A DNA stretch of 56,216 nt from NCBI GenBank assembly GCA_028283345.1, contig JAPOGE010000001.1:1-56216 (forward strand), in the 5' to 3' direction. The notes beneath the pieces are model-generated. The model had not been told where the DNA came from. It searched no databases and worked only from the letters and a program-made list of their open reading frames with translations. Shown here piece by piece: positions 19,101 through 29,200 of the stretch. A program made the translations under genes and the position numbers. Each line of letters starts with the position of its first letter. The first letter of the stretch is position 1. Source of the DNA: Candidatus Poseidoniales archaeon (GTDB lineage Archaea; Thermoplasmatota; Poseidoniia; Poseidoniales; Poseidoniaceae).

Positions 19101-19706
19101 TCACAGCGCGAACCACTGGTGCAATTCCCACGTCACCCAAGCCAGACCGGCGCCCGGCAGAAGGTCGACGAAGTAGTGCTGTTTGGTCCACAGCGCACTG
19201 ATGGCAATCAACACTGGAAAGGCCCACGGCCACAGCCCGAGATATGGGGCATTGGCGACCAGATGGAAGGCGGTTAATGTTGCGACCGAGACGTGCATGC
19301 TGGGAAAACAATTGGTATTATCATCAAAGGACTGCACCAATTTCATGAAACGGACACTCAAGGTGTCCAGTTCGCCATAATCTCGCCACTCCGGCGGCGT
19401 CTCGACCGGGAACCAGCGGAAGAAGGCCATCTGCATGAATAGCAGGAAAAAGAACGACATCGCGGTATAATTGTACTGTCGCATATCATCGATCGTCGCC
19501 ACAGTGAGAATGATTATTGGGTAATATAGCCCCGAATAAATCCACACCCAGCCCGGCTTAAGGGTGAACAGTCGGTCGATTTTCATATCGAATCTGCGCG
19601 CCGGCTTGATCATGTGATTCTGGGTCCAAAAGTAGAATTGATAGACTCCGACTATCAAGATGATAGTCATCAACAACATGATGGCGAGATCCTTTGGCGG
19701 CATCAT
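19101..19706 (-). CDS. PAP2-superfamily membrane phosphatase/phosphotransferase (IPC-synthase-like)
   Basis: NCFPSMHV and KQHYFVD motifs; about 6 TM helices. Confidence 0.85.
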   Translation of the reverse strand: MMPPKDLAIMLLMTIILIVGVYQFYFWTQNHMIKPARRFDMKIDRLFTLKPGWVWIYSGLYYPIIILTVATIDDMRQYNYTAMSFFFLLFMQMAFFRWFPVETPPEWRDYGELDTLSVRFMKLVQSFDDNTNCFPSMHVSVATLTAFHLVANAPYLGLWPWAFPVLIAISALWTKQHYFVDLLPGAGLAWVTWELHQWFAL

Positions 19707-19862
19707 CAATTGGGGGTGTCAGTATTAGGGAAATGAGCATTTTCATCATCCCACCACCCAAGGTTGAGTCGGAATTTACCTCCGTTGGGATTCGCTATCA
19801 GAAGGCACATCTACACCGTGGTGACCGAAACTTCTTTTTCACAGCGGTGGGGTTTGCCGACC

Positions 19863-22800
19863 ATGAGGGTACGTGCCGTCATACTTTCCCTGATTTTCCT
19901 CTCCTCGGGAATCATCTTCCCGGCACTGCAGATTCGTTCGGTAAGCGCCGCCCAGGTGAGCCATTTCGGCAACACCGGATTTCCTGCCAGCGTCAACGTC
20001 TCCTTTGCCGCTGCCGGCTATGATTCGACCACCAATATCACCATCGGCCAGAATGCTGTGGTCAGTTCGGCCTCCTTCGATGTGCGCGGCTTGCCTAATG
20101 CCAATGGCGAGAGCCCATTCACCATCGGCGTCGACATCGGAGATGATGGTGACCTCGAGTGGGGCTGGGGTGGCCCGGGAAACGGCACCTTCGGTAATCT
20201 CGATGAGTTCTCCAACGGTTGGAGCCAAATCGGCGTCAATCTCTCAAGTGGCACCAACACCACCTATTCGATTCGCCTGCCTGCCGATGCGGTGGTCAAC
20301 TCGGCGACCGTCAATTTCTCAACCTTGAGCCAAATCACCCTCTCGGGCAATGACGTGCGTGATGCCTACCTGCACAAGCCAAATCCCACCTGGGGCAATG
20401 TGACCCATAAGGATTGCAATTACGGTGCTTCCAACCTTACCCGGGTCGGTAAGAGCGAGTGGGTTAACTGGCACATCTACCGCGGGGTATACTGGTTCAA
20501 TCTATCACGACTACCGGCGGTGACTGTACTCGATGCGAATCTGTTGTTCTGGGTCGAGGACGGGGTCAACCATGCCACCAGTGGCCAGACCGTGACCGCA
20601 ACCCATACCTACACCTTGTATCCCTTGCTGAAGGATTGGGAAGAAGGACAGGAAGACAATTTACCCGTTCAGGCCGGCCCAGGGGTAACTTGGAATAACG
20701 CCATCGATAACCTCACTGGCAGTGATTATGCGTGGGCGATTGCTGGAGCCGGAGGGACGGCTGACCGTGGTAGTGCAGTCGCTGCGGTAACCGACAGCCC
20801 AGCCAATCTCGAGCAGAACTGGCTGGAATTCAATGGCACCAATCTCACCGCCCTGGTGCAGGCTTGGGTCAATGGCAGTACCACCAATAACGGTCTGTTG
20901 ATGACCGGTGATGAGAATACCAACAAGCCGGACGGCTCGGTGCTCTCTATCATGGGGCGCAACAATGCCACCCACGGCCCTCGTCTGGTGGTGACCTTTG
21001 AGGGCAGTGACGACATCACCGCCGCTTTCGACCTCGGTAATGACGGAATTCTGGAGTGGAATCATTCTGGCAATCTCAGTAGTGGCACCATCAGTCCTGA
21101 CCTCGCCGCGGTCATCAATTCCTATCTGGCCAATGCAACTCCGTCCTTCACCGATGCATGGGGTAATGACTTCGTCGATATCCCGCTCAATATCACCGGC
21201 AATGAGACTTTGGTGCTCAGCAATCTCAACCTAAGTTATGATTGGAACCCGACCGTCGCAACCACTCCGACCGGTGATTTAGCCAATGAGATTAACCAGC
21301 ACCTGGCCAACCTGACAGCCGATGTGACCGGCAATGTCAGCATCTTCATCAACGTCACCAGCGGAAGTGCTGGAGTGGTCGAGTTATCCAACCTGCAGAT
21401 AAATACCGGCAACCGACCACCCTCGATTGGTGCAATCGGTCTGCCCAGTGAAACTCTCGTCCCCGATGGACAATCCTATACGGTCTCGCTCGAGGTCACC
21501 TGTTACCAAGGCTTGAGCAACCTCTCATGGGTTGCACTGACCCCGCAATTACAGAATTCACCTACCCGTCCGATACTATTCTATTCACTCGCCAACAGCA
21601 GTACATGGCTGAACAATCCGGGCGGACTGGTCGCCAATCTGAGCGGGAACTGGCAGGAACTGAATAGTGATACCGCACTGATGGAATGGAACCTGAGCGC
21701 CGATTGGGCCTGGCCGGTCGAGAAGGAGGTGGTATGGTTGGCGCAGGTCGGTACCATAGATGCGCTGAATTCCGACCGCACCTCGAGCGCCACCACCAAC
21801 CACGAGCGGCGGGTCGAAATCGCCTCGTTCAACCTGTGGGATGAGAGCGCTCCCAGCGATGGTGGCCCCGAGGTATTCACCGATGAATGGGTTGCCGGTG
21901 GCGACCAATTGCGGGTCAGTGGGACGGTCAATTTCCTCAACCTGAGTAATCATCCACTCCCAGGGGATGTGACGGTCGAGTTGGAGAATGTCAGCGGTAA
22001 CGGCAGTGTCACCCAGAACGGGGTCTTCTCCATCAACACCACCGCACCGAATGCGAATCACTACGATGGTTTCACCATCAGTGCCTACATCTCAGGTGAT
22101 TATGATGCCACCCCGGCGGGCTTTGCGGTGCGAAAGTTCCGTATCGATGCAACCGCGGCTGGACTGCTTGTCCACTCTCCAATTGGGACAAGGGTGATCC
22201 CCGAGGCGCAACAATTGTTCAACATCTCAATCGCTGATACCATCGGCCTCGATGAGGGCTCTCTGGCTCTGCGCTGGTGGGTAGAGTCGACCAATGATGG
22301 GGATGGGGATGGGATTGCGCAGGCGAGCGAGTACTCCATCAGTCCACTTGTGCGGCAAGGGACGAGCGATTTCTTCCATGCAACCTATGATGATACCAAC
22401 AATATGCACGGCCAGAACGTCTCATTATTCGTCGATGGCTATGATCTGGCGGGCAATTCCTTTGCTGGCGGGCAGGCCGGATTGGCGTTCGACCTCATGC
22501 ACTACATCTCGCTGGTGACCGCACCGACCACTCTGGTCAATTCAACCCTGGAGATGCCCGGGGGGATGGCGCTGGTGCCCGAGAATACGGTGTGGCTGAA
22601 CCTTACTATGAATGATGAGAACTGGTTGGAGGACCTCGAGGGAATCATCGTCGCTTTCGGCCAGGGCGACGAACTCATCTGGTCGGCGGGAAATGCCTCG
22701 GTTCTACTCACCAATAACCCTGAAATCATCATCGAATCATTCACCTTGGCCGAATCGCCTAGCCCGGGCGGGTCGTTTGGCGTGAACGGCTCTGGGCAAG

Positions 22801-24302
22801 AGATTCTCATGAATATCTCTTTCTCGGTCAGTGCCTATTATTCTCCGACCTTCGACCAAGGCCAATTTACCCTCCGAGTAACCGACTCATCGGGGATTGT
22901 GGTATTAGCAACCGGCCAGAATTGGTATCTCGACGCCGATATTCATCTGGCAGAATTCTCGATTACTCGCGCCGACGACCCAATGATGTCGCCTCTGCAC
23001 AACGACAGTTATGTCATCCAAGGCCAGCGCTTGTTATTCAGCGGCCGAGTGACCTATGTCGCAGGTGACCTTGTCCCTCCGGCATTCTCGCATGTGCTCT
23101 CCTTGCAGGTACCGCTAGATTCACCTCTGGTCATCAGCATCGATGAGAATGGCTATTTCTCCGCCACCATGGACGCCCTCGGCAGTGGCCTTTACCAAGT
23201 GAATCTCGATGTCATCATCGGCCCCGGTCAGGTAGTGCCCGCACCTTCGCCAATACGCATCCAGGTCGACGACCAGCCCCCCGCGCTGGTCGGCTCCGAG
23301 CCGAATTTCATCGCTGTCAATACCACCGATTTCATTCTCAAGGTGAATATCCAGGAAATCGGTGCCGGCCTGTCGGGCGATGACCTGGTGGTGCTCTGCC
23401 AGATAAGCCGCGGCATCGCCACCGCAGGTGAGCAATTCCAAGCCAATGCCACCTTACTGCTCTCCGGTCAAGTCTCAAGTTATCTGGCAAACCTTTCCTT
23501 CCCACCCATCACTGCCGAAGAGTTACTCCATTGCTGGTTGCAGGTCAGCGACCTTGCTGGCAACAACATCAGCGGCCAAGGCTCATCAGCCAGTTGGCCG
23601 CTGAGTATTCCCGCGGTCGAGACCCGCCCTGACCTCGTTGCCACGGATATCACCATCTCGCCGACTGAGCCGACCTTGGGGGTTACTACGATGGTAAATT
23701 TCACCATCATCAATATCGGCAACCAAACCGAGGAGATGTTCTGGGTCAGCCTGAGCACGGGCATCGACCATGATGGGAAAGTCCTGTTCGAGGAGGTCGC
23801 CAATACTTCGGCCCGGCTGGTGCACGGGAAGGCCTCGACCACCATCTCCCTGACCTGGAATCCGGATTGGGAAGGGGATTTCGACCTCATTATCACCGTC
23901 GATTCGACTGGGATTATTGCCGAGAGAGACGAAAATAACAGTTTCATCCTGCCGGTCTCGGTAGGCCCACCCGAGCAACCGGACGGATTCTTTTCCTCGC
24001 AGGTTGGACTATTCTTCGGTGGCGGGGCGGTATTCCTGCTGATGGCGGCGGGAATCTTCCTGGCGCTGAGACTGCGAGAGGAAGAGGGAGAATACGATGA
24101 CTGGGAAGACGAGAAGGAAGACCGCTTCGAGGGCGAGGAAGTGACTAACCTTGAGGTCTTCAACGATGATGTTGTTGGCGAGCAGGATTACCCGACCTGG
24201 CGCGAGGATGATGGCTACCAATGGCGAGAGTTACCCGATGGCACCAATCAGTGGTGGAATGAAGAAGGGCAATCTTGGATCGACTACGATGCCAATCAAT
24301 GA
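19863..24302 (+). CDS. Giant cell-surface glycoprotein with DNRLRE-like and CARDB domains, C-terminal TM anchor and acidic Trp-rich tail
   Basis: Signal peptide MRVRAVILSL. DNRLRE-like segment DAYL...NYGAS...LLKDWEEG...VTWNN...ALVQAWVNG...NNGLL...PRLVV. CARDB segment RPDLVAT...VDSTGIIAERDENN. Many N-x-S/T sequons. Confidence 0.85.
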   Translation: MRVRAVILSLIFLSSGIIFPALQIRSVSAAQVSHFGNTGFPASVNVSFAAAGYDSTTNITIGQNAVVSSASFDVRGLPNANGESPFTIGVDIGDDGDLEWGWGGPGNGTFGNLDEFSNGWSQIGVNLSSGTNTTYSIRLPADAVVNSATVNFSTLSQITLSGNDVRDAYLHKPNPTWGNVTHKDCNYGASNLTRVGKSEWVNWHIYRGVYWFNLSRLPAVTVLDANLLFWVEDGVNHATSGQTVTATHTYTLYPLLKDWEEGQEDNLPVQAGPGVTWNNAIDNLTGSDYAWAIAGAGGTADRGSAVAAVTDSPANLEQNWLEFNGTNLTALVQAWVNGSTTNNGLLMTGDENTNKPDGSVLSIMGRNNATHGPRLVVTFEGSDDITAAFDLGNDGILEWNHSGNLSSGTISPDLAAVINSYLANATPSFTDAWGNDFVDIPLNITGNETLVLSNLNLSYDWNPTVATTPTGDLANEINQHLANLTADVTGNVSIFINVTSGSAGVVELSNLQINTGNRPPSIGAIGLPSETLVPDGQSYTVSLEVTCYQGLSNLSWVALTPQLQNSPTRPILFYSLANSSTWLNNPGGLVANLSGNWQELNSDTALMEWNLSADWAWPVEKEVVWLAQVGTIDALNSDRTSSATTNHERRVEIASFNLWDESAPSDGGPEVFTDEWVAGGDQLRVSGTVNFLNLSNHPLPGDVTVELENVSGNGSVTQNGVFSINTTAPNANHYDGFTISAYISGDYDATPAGFAVRKFRIDATAAGLLVHSPIGTRVIPEAQQLFNISIADTIGLDEGSLALRWWVESTNDGDGDGIAQASEYSISPLVRQGTSDFFHATYDDTNNMHGQNVSLFVDGYDLAGNSFAGGQAGLAFDLMHYISLVTAPTTLVNSTLEMPGGMALVPENTVWLNLTMNDENWLEDLEGIIVAFGQGDELIWSAGNASVLLTNNPEIIIESFTLAESPSPGGSFGVNGSGQEILMNISFSVSAYYSPTFDQGQFTLRVTDSSGIVVLATGQNWYLDADIHLAEFSITRADDPMMSPLHNDSYVIQGQRLLFSGRVTYVAGDLVPPAFSHVLSLQVPLDSPLVISIDENGYFSATMDALGSGLYQVNLDVIIGPGQVVPAPSPIRIQVDDQPPALVGSEPNFIAVNTTDFILKVNIQEIGAGLSGDDLVVLCQISRGIATAGEQFQANATLLLSGQVSSYLANLSFPPITAEELLHCWLQVSDLAGNNISGQGSSASWPLSIPAVETRPDLVATDITISPTEPTLGVTTMVNFTIINIGNQTEEMFWVSLSTGIDHDGKVLFEEVANTSARLVHGKASTTISLTWNPDWEGDFDLIITVDSTGIIAERDENNSFILPVSVGPPEQPDGFFSSQVGLFFGGGAVFLLMAAGIFLALRLREEEGEYDDWEDEKEDRFEGEEVTNLEVFNDDVVGEQDYPTWREDDGYQWRELPDGTNQWWNEEGQSWIDYDANQ

Positions 24303-24327
24303 ATTTGCCAATGATTAGCGATTCTAT

Positions 24328-25290
24328 TTATCTCAGGGCATCAGTTGCTTTAACCAACTCTCTAGCGATACTTACCTCACCCATCGAATGCCCCGAATCA
24401 GGCACGATCACCAGATTGCTGTCGGGCAGAGCTTTGGCCAATTCCCAGGCACTGCGGGCTGGGCAGACGACATCGTAGCGACCTTGAACAATGGTGGTCG
24501 GGATATGCTGTATCTTGTCGACATTGTTGAGGATATGGCCTTCCTCAACGAAAATCGCATTGATGAAATAATGGCATTCGATTCGGGCGAAGGCGACCGC
24601 AAAATCGAGGTCTTCAGCCATCTCAAGATATTCTGGGTCGGGAAATAACTTGCTGGTCGCCATCTCCCAGCGGGTCCATTGCTGGGCCGCGGCACGGCGC
24701 ACTTCGACCTCCTCACTGGTCAGGCGACGATGATAAGCGCTGATCAGGTCACCTCTCTCGTCCTCGGGGATGTGCTTGCGGAATGGCTCAAAGGCATCGG
24801 GAAAGATGTTACTGGCGCCATCTTGGTAGAACCACTGCAACTCACTTTTGCGACACATGAAGATCCCCCGCAGGGTGAGACTGCGCGGCCGCCCAGGATG
24901 ATTCTGGGCATAGATGAGCGAGAGGGTCGAGCCCCATGAACCACCGAAGACGTGCCAAGTCTCTATCTCCAGATGCTGGCGCAAGGCCTCGATATCACCG
25001 ACTGAGGCCATGGTGTTATTGTCCTCAAGTTCGGCATATGGGGTTGAGCGACCACAGCCGCGCTGGTCGAACTGGATGATGTCGTAGGCGGCAGGGTCGA
25101 AATATTGTCGATAGGATGGTTGGCTACCCCCACCAGGGCCGCCGTGGATGACGATGACCGGGATGCCATCGGGATTTCCGGCGCGCTCCCAAGCGATGGT
25201 ATGCAGGTCGCCAACCTCTAACATCCCGGTGGTATGCGCCTCAATCTCGGGATAGAGAACCTCTTCAAGCATCTGTTCGCCAAAGGACAT
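24328..25290 (-). CDS. pip: Proline iminopeptidase
   Basis: HGGPGGG, DQRGCGRS, GGSWG, LRGIF, QGRYDVVC and GHS motifs. Confidence 0.96.
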   Translation of the reverse strand: MSFGEQMLEEVLYPEIEAHTTGMLEVGDLHTIAWERAGNPDGIPVIVIHGGPGGGSQPSYRQYFDPAAYDIIQFDQRGCGRSTPYAELEDNNTMASVGDIEALRQHLEIETWHVFGGSWGSTLSLIYAQNHPGRPRSLTLRGIFMCRKSELQWFYQDGASNIFPDAFEPFRKHIPEDERGDLISAYHRRLTSEEVEVRRAAAQQWTRWEMATSKLFPDPEYLEMAEDLDFAVAFARIECHYFINAIFVEEGHILNNVDKIQHIPTTIVQGRYDVVCPARSAWELAKALPDSNLVIVPDSGHSMGEVSIARELVKATDALR

Positions 25291-25370
25291 ACCAGCCCCA
25301 TTTGCCAATCGACCAAGTGCCTTTCGCCGCCCTCGTCTGGATTAATTAGTGGGGTGGTCAGCGCACAGGG

Positions 25371-26000
25371 ATGAGCAGGCGAAAACCGGTCGAGGTCTTC
25401 GATGACTGGGCGAGGCAGGGCAAAGATGAGGGGATGGAGAAAGGTCATGCCGCAGCGGTCGGCGAGATGCTGGCTCTTGCCTTGTCAAAGGTCGCCGAAC
25501 TGGGCAAGGAGTTCTCCGCCATCGATGCTGGTTGCGGCAATGGCTGGGTGGTGCGAGACCTGGCGATGATGCCGTTATGCCGGCGGGCTATCGGGGTCGA
25601 CGGCGCCGAATCGATGATAAAAAAGGCCAAGGAAATCGACCCTGATGGTGAATATCACCATGCCGACCTGCAAGAATGGCGACCGGAGATTCCGGTCGAC
25701 CTGGTGCATTCGATGGAGGTGTTCTACTATGTCGAAGACACCGTCGCTCTGCTCACCCATATCGCCGCCTGGCTCAAGCCCGACGGGTATCTCATCTTCG
25801 GCGTCGACCGCTACATGGAGAACCCCGAGAGCCATGACTGGGATGGCCAGGTAGGATGTTTCATGGCCTTACTGAGTGAAGATGAGTGGACGAAAGTGGT
25901 TACCGATGCCGGTTTTTCAATTATCAAGAGATGGCGAGCGGCGCCAGACCCGAGTCGCGATTGGCCCGGGACTCTGGCCTTCTTCTGTATCAAGAACTAG
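25371..26000 (+). CDS. Class I SAM-dependent methyltransferase
   Basis: IDAGCGNG motif I, GVD, SMEVFYY and LKPDG. Confidence 0.9.
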   Translation: MSRRKPVEVFDDWARQGKDEGMEKGHAAAVGEMLALALSKVAELGKEFSAIDAGCGNGWVVRDLAMMPLCRRAIGVDGAESMIKKAKEIDPDGEYHHADLQEWRPEIPVDLVHSMEVFYYVEDTVALLTHIAAWLKPDGYLIFGVDRYMENPESHDWDGQVGCFMALLSEDEWTKVVTDAGFSIIKRWRAAPDPSRDWPGTLAFFCIKN

Positions 26001-26200
26001 CGAGGCGACCGTACATCACCTTCCTTTACGTATGTCGCCGAGATTGTAGCGAGTTCACGATTCAGCAACATGAGCGACACGGTCAGTAAGGATGCCGCCG
26101 CTAGGCGGGAAGCGAGGGCAAAGCGAAGATAATCGATTTTTGATTCGGAATAGGATGAGTTATTCAATAATCGCGATTAGATGAGAGTCTTGCCCGAGCC

Positions 26201-29200
26201 CTAAAGTGGTCTAACGCCCAGTGGTTCACCTTGGGGACCACATAATCTGATGCCACTGTAATAATACGGGCAGGTACGACAGATCTCACCCTGCTCCTTT
26301 GGCAGTCGCTCGGGCTCATCATGGGGGTTGAGTTTCATCTCGACCATCCGTTCAAGTAATTGTGAGAAATCGAGTTTGGCCTGCGTCAGTTCGGCTTCGC
26401 TCATCACCACCATTCGCCCGCTGGCTGAAACTTGAATCGCCGGCGGCAACACATTGCGGCGCTCTTTCTGTGGCAGTCTGAACTGCGACCTTTCCAATAC
26501 CATGGTGTAGAGTGCCAATTGCAGACGGTGTTTGTCGAGCAGGTCCTGTTCGTGATCGCTCTGCGCCGCAGTCGAGAATGGGTCGGCGACAGGGTGTTGC
26601 AGTTCGTGGCCGTTGGCCGGGTCGGTTTCATCAAAGGGTTGGCCACAACCTTCGGTCTTCAGGTCGACCACCTGCAAGGTCGGCCCGCCATCACCATCAA
26701 CGGCCAGGGCCAGGTCGATTCGGCCATCGAATGTAACTTGGATTTCACCGATCTCAGCTAATTCCACCTCACCACCGACCGACCACCTTGTGATACTGCG
26801 GCCATCGGCTCCAACTGCAACGGTCAGATGGAAGGGTAGTTCGGTGCGTAATCCGACCACTTTCTGACCATCGAACTCCTCGCCGGAGCATAATTTACCC
26901 AACCGACCATCCTCCTGAATCTGTGCCAATACCGCGAGGCGTTGGCCGGTGCCTGCCCGGTCAGCAGAGGCGGGGAGTAATTCATCGAGCACCTGTTCGA
27001 TGACCGCCGGCTCAAGCAGTCTACTGGCTTGGGCTTGCAACCACTGGTCATCAAGACCCGATAGTTTTCCACCCTCGGCAGGATTGCCGATTCCGACCTC
27101 GACCAGACGGTGGAATAGCGAACCGAGGGTTGCGGCGTCGGGTAGTCCAGCCACACCAGCTATGGCACCAACCGCACCAACCGCACCAGCGATGACGCCC
27201 GCCGCATCAGCCGCTCCGGCTACACCAGCACCAGCACCAACACCAGCCACACCAGCACCAGCCTTGCCAACTCCACTGGATGTGGTGGCAGTGGCGGTGG
27301 CGGTTGCACCGGCCGCATCCTTGCCACCGTTGACTTCAGGCTGACCGAGCACCATCGGCTCACTCGACCAGCCGCGCACATCTCCCAACCACAGGCGACG
27401 ATTACAGGCAAAACTCAGGTCGAGGCGGTGCGGCGCGAGTGATAGTTTGAGGGAGCGTGGGGTCGGGCGTTTCTCCAATCCGACACTATTACCTTTTGCA
27501 CCAGCAGCGTTTTTCAGATGCTCAGCCATCGCCTTTCTGACCGATAGACGGCTTTCGAGTGAGGTGAAGGAACGGGGGTCATGAATAATCGTCAGATGTT
27601 TCAGGGGTGCCTTACCGAGATGAGGATCATCATAGAGTTCGATGGCATTGAGTGCCAACTTCCACGAGTCGGTGGCAATGGCCAAATCTTCACCTACCTG
27701 GTCATTCGCCATCCGCCAAGGCGACTCTTCGTCATCATCTTCGTGGGCCGAATATCGCAGAGCATCGAGCCACATCTCACCCATGCTCGGCAGGCGTGAA
27801 ACCGGTCGCTTGAGATGTAAGGTGCCATCGGCGGAACACGAGGAAGCAGCCGGTGCGCCGACCATTATCAGATGGTTCTCAACTCGGGTCAATGCGACAT
27901 AAAACAGGCGCCGACGCTCGGCCGCAGTCTGGGCATCGAGCAGGGCTTTGGCCAATTCCCAGGTACCGGAAAGCGGTGCTGGGACATGGCGCCAGGGCCG
28001 GGCATTGACGGCGAGCAGTTCGGGGGTGACGACCACACTGGACTGCTTTTCTATCGCCGAGGAATAATGACCCTCGTGGAAAAGTCCGGCCAGAACCACC
28101 ACCTTTGCCTCCAGCCCCTTGGCCGAATGAATCGTCATCACCCGCACCGCACCGGTCGGGGGAATCGCCATGCTCTCCAGCGCCCCCTCCTTCTGGTCGG
28201 CCAAGATTGAAACCGCATCGGCCAATAATTCAACATCACCACCGGCCTGCTGACGTAATTCCTCGAGCAGTTGGATGAACTGCTCACCATCCTGTAGTGA
28301 ATCCAAACCCGGGTGGACGAGTAGAATATCACCGGATTCAAGCGCGGTGGTCAGTGCGGTGATGATTTGGCCGCGGTTGGCCAACTGCTGTAGGCGCGCC
28401 AACAATCGGCGTTGCGGTTTTGTTGGGGCAATCTGCACCAAGCGCATCAACAGGTTGGCATTGGGCTTGACGCCTTTGCCATTGAACAATAATTCCAATT
28501 GTGAATCGCTCATTCCGACCAGACTGCCGCGGGCGAAAGCCGCGGCGTGATGGCGGTCGTGTGGTCGGGCGAGTATCTGCAGAAGATGATTCAATTCCCG
28601 CACCACCGGGCGCATGAACAGGGCACCCTGGCGGTCGGCCTGTGCCGGCACCCCCCAGGCCTGCAGGCGGCGCAGTAAATCAGTGACGTGCTTGCGGCGG
28701 GGCAGGAGAATCAGGATGTCCTCGGGCTTGACCGCGGGCACACCCGGGATTTCTCGCCATACCGCATCGCTACCCTCGCCGACCCCGCGCAATCGCAATG
28801 ACAGGCCATTGACCAGAGCGTGTAGGCGGGCGGCAATCATCTCATTTTCTCGCTCATGCGGCTTGGCTCGCTCGCCGATGGTGAAGGGGTCGAGATACTG
28901 GTCGAGGTCAGTACTGGCATCGCCTTCGCCGAATGGCACGGTGGCCAGCCATTCGATTTGGCCTACTCGTGGCTCTTCGCCGTCCTTGAGTATTGGTGGA
29001 TTGAGTGGCTGAGAGCGGGCGTGCCAAGTTCCCGGCAACAGGTCATGGCACGGGGCGAAGACATCGATGAACCAGTTATTCAGCGTCGCCAAGACATTTG
29101 GCGCGGTACGGAAATTTGTCGTCAGGTCGATATGGCCAAGGGCTCGTTCCCGCTTGATTTCGTCGGACAGAACCGTGTGCTCATCATCGCCGATATCGAT

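Noticed and set aside
26070..26132. Small ORF MSDTVSKDAAARREARAKRR in the spacer after the methyltransferase
   Set aside because: It is only 20 aa, with no motif or convincing promoter. It may be a gene remnant but cannot be supported.
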